Below the pieces are notes generated by a model. That model made no database searches. It saw only the letters and a program-made list of their open reading frames with translations, and was not told the DNA's origin. Source: an uncultured Ignavibacteria bacterium (lineage in GTDB: Bacteria > Zixibacteria > MSB-5A5 > UBA10806). From it: a stretch of 47,689 nucleotides of DNA. The stretch lies in assembly GCA_964556975.1 (NCBI GenBank), contig CAZKYQ010000004.1, forward strand, positions 1 to 47,689, written 5' to 3'. Shown piece by piece: positions 46,795 to 47,689 of this stretch. Each line of letters begins with the position of its first letter. The stretch's first letter is position 1. A program made the position numbers and the translations under genes.

Positions 46795-47487
46795 ATGGAT
46801 AACAAACTGATCGCCGGTAATCTGGCCAAAGTCGTTGCCAGAATCCAAAAAAAATGCGACGCTAACGGTTTGGATTTTTCAAATGTAAAGCTTGTCGGAG
46901 TCAGCAAGACAGCAACCGCCGCCAGGGCGAACGAGGCTGTATTAGCCGGTTTAAAAGAACTTGGAGAAAACAGGGTGCAGGAAGGAATCGCAAAAGTGAA
47001 AGCGGTATCGCCAAGACCAGTATGGCATTTTATCGGCCATCTCCAGCGCAACAAAGCCAGAAGAGCGGCAGAGTTTTTTGACGTTATTGAAACGGTGGAC
47101 AATTTGGAGTTAGCCGCGATACTTTCTAAAAAATCAGAGGAGCTGAAAAATGAGCAGGAAATCTATATCCAGTTAAATTCGACAGGAGAAACACAAAAAA
47201 GCGGCTTTTATCCGGGAGAAATTCTTGATTCCGCCGATAAAATAAATAAATTGCCCGGCCTACAACTATCTGGATTGATGACAATCGGGCCTTTGACGGA
47301 CGATGAAAGTATGATTAAGAAGAGCTTTTTGCAAACAAGAGAAATTTTCGATAAATTAAAAGCCGAAATCGGCGAGAGCTTCAAGCGGCTCTCTATGGGA
47401 ATGTCGGCTGATTTTGAGCTGGCGCTTGATTACGGCGCGAATGTTTTGCGAATCGGGACCGCGATCTTCGGGCCGAGAAAAAAATAA
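46795..47487 (+). CDS. yggS: YggS/PLPBP family pyridoxal-phosphate homeostasis protein
   Basis: 230 aa. PLP lysine in LVGVSKT, WHFIGHLQRNK, and C-terminal LRIGTAIFG. Confidence 0.92.
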   Translation: MDNKLIAGNLAKVVARIQKKCDANGLDFSNVKLVGVSKTATAARANEAVLAGLKELGENRVQEGIAKVKAVSPRPVWHFIGHLQRNKARRAAEFFDVIETVDNLELAAILSKKSEELKNEQEIYIQLNSTGETQKSGFYPGEILDSADKINKLPGLQLSGLMTIGPLTDDESMIKKSFLQTREIFDKLKAEIGESFKRLSMGMSADFELALDYGANVLRIGTAIFGPRKK

Positions 47488-47503
47488 TAAATTTGGGGGA
47501 AGT

Positions 47504-47689
47504 ATGAAATTATCACCTCTTGATATTAAAAAACAGGAATTTGGGAAAAAATTCAAGGGTTTTTCCCCGGATGAGGTCAATTCATTTCTGGATATGATAG
47601 CGGATGAAATGGAAGACCTTCTGAAAAAGAACCTTGAGATGACAGAGAAAGTCAAATCTCTGGAGGACAAGTTATCGAACTATACAAAA
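47504..47689 (+). CDS. divIVA: DivIVA-domain cell division protein; N-terminal 62 codons only, continues beyond the window
   Basis: Not in the track because it runs off the edge. Hand translation from ATG 47504 gives MKLSPLDIKKQEFGKKFKGFSPDEVNSFLDMIADEMEDLLKKNLEMTEKVKSLEDKLSNYTK, the canonical DivIVA N-terminal lipid-binding domain followed by the start of a coiled coil. GGGGGA Shine-Dalgarno-like sequence upstream. Confidence 0.8.
   Translation, partial: MKLSPLDIKKQEFGKKFKGFSPDEVNSFLDMIADEMEDLLKKNLEMTEKVKSLEDKLSNYTK

Noticed and set aside
1-47689. CRISPR arrays, rRNA or tRNA genes, toxin-antitoxin or known defence systems
   Set aside because: There are no regularly spaced repeats, no rRNA- or tRNA-like sequence in the spacers, and no gene with nuclease, ATPase or defence-like motifs outside the housekeeping assignments.

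Overview
This is a chromosomal segment of a diderm bacterium and is moderately AT-rich. C-terminal tails of the YPNPFN...GIYFF type on two secreted proteins suggest a T9SS-using lineage of the FCB superphylum; that placement is inference only. I support about 41 protein genes and saw no rRNA, tRNA, CRISPR array, transposase or integrase.

Layout:
- 1-1662 (minus strand): a Tat-signal DUF362 protein translationally coupled to a NapH-like 4Fe-4S membrane protein that runs off the window edge.
- 1976-14576 (plus strand): housekeeping genes valS, a DUF4140/DUF4139 protein, a TPR lipoprotein, priA, an HD hydrolase, purM, gpmI and lnt.
- 14566-26233: the only accessory-looking block. It holds a secreted double beta-propeller protein with a T9SS-type tail, then a tightly overlapping triad (FemAB-like transferase, CE4-like deacetylase, GT4), then GT2, a GT-C membrane glycosyltransferase and a second GT4, and finally a convergent C25 (gingipain-family) peptidase with a T9SS-type tail.
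- 26727-42502: a complete, very compact dcw cluster, mraZ-rsmH-ftsL-ftsI-murE-murF-mraY-murD-ftsW-murG-murC-ftsQ-ftsA-ftsZ, with TGGG direct repeats (candidate MraZ boxes) just upstream of mraZ.
- 42503-42709: a hairpin- and repeat-rich spacer.
- 42710-47689: mltG-ruvX-NUDIX (minus strand), then a MATE transporter, an orphan CheY-like receiver, yggS and the 5' end of divIVA.

The best candidate for something new is the vimA/vimE/vimF-like triad embedded between two T9SS-tailed cargo genes, one of them a gingipain-family protease. It may be a cargo-anchoring or linking-sugar module outside Bacteroidota. This rests on family-level recognition and gene order, not on any search.

Secondary items are the structured repeat element downstream of ftsZ, a 5-codon SD-driven uORF ending on the ftsZ start codon, and a terminator-like hairpin in the valS leader.
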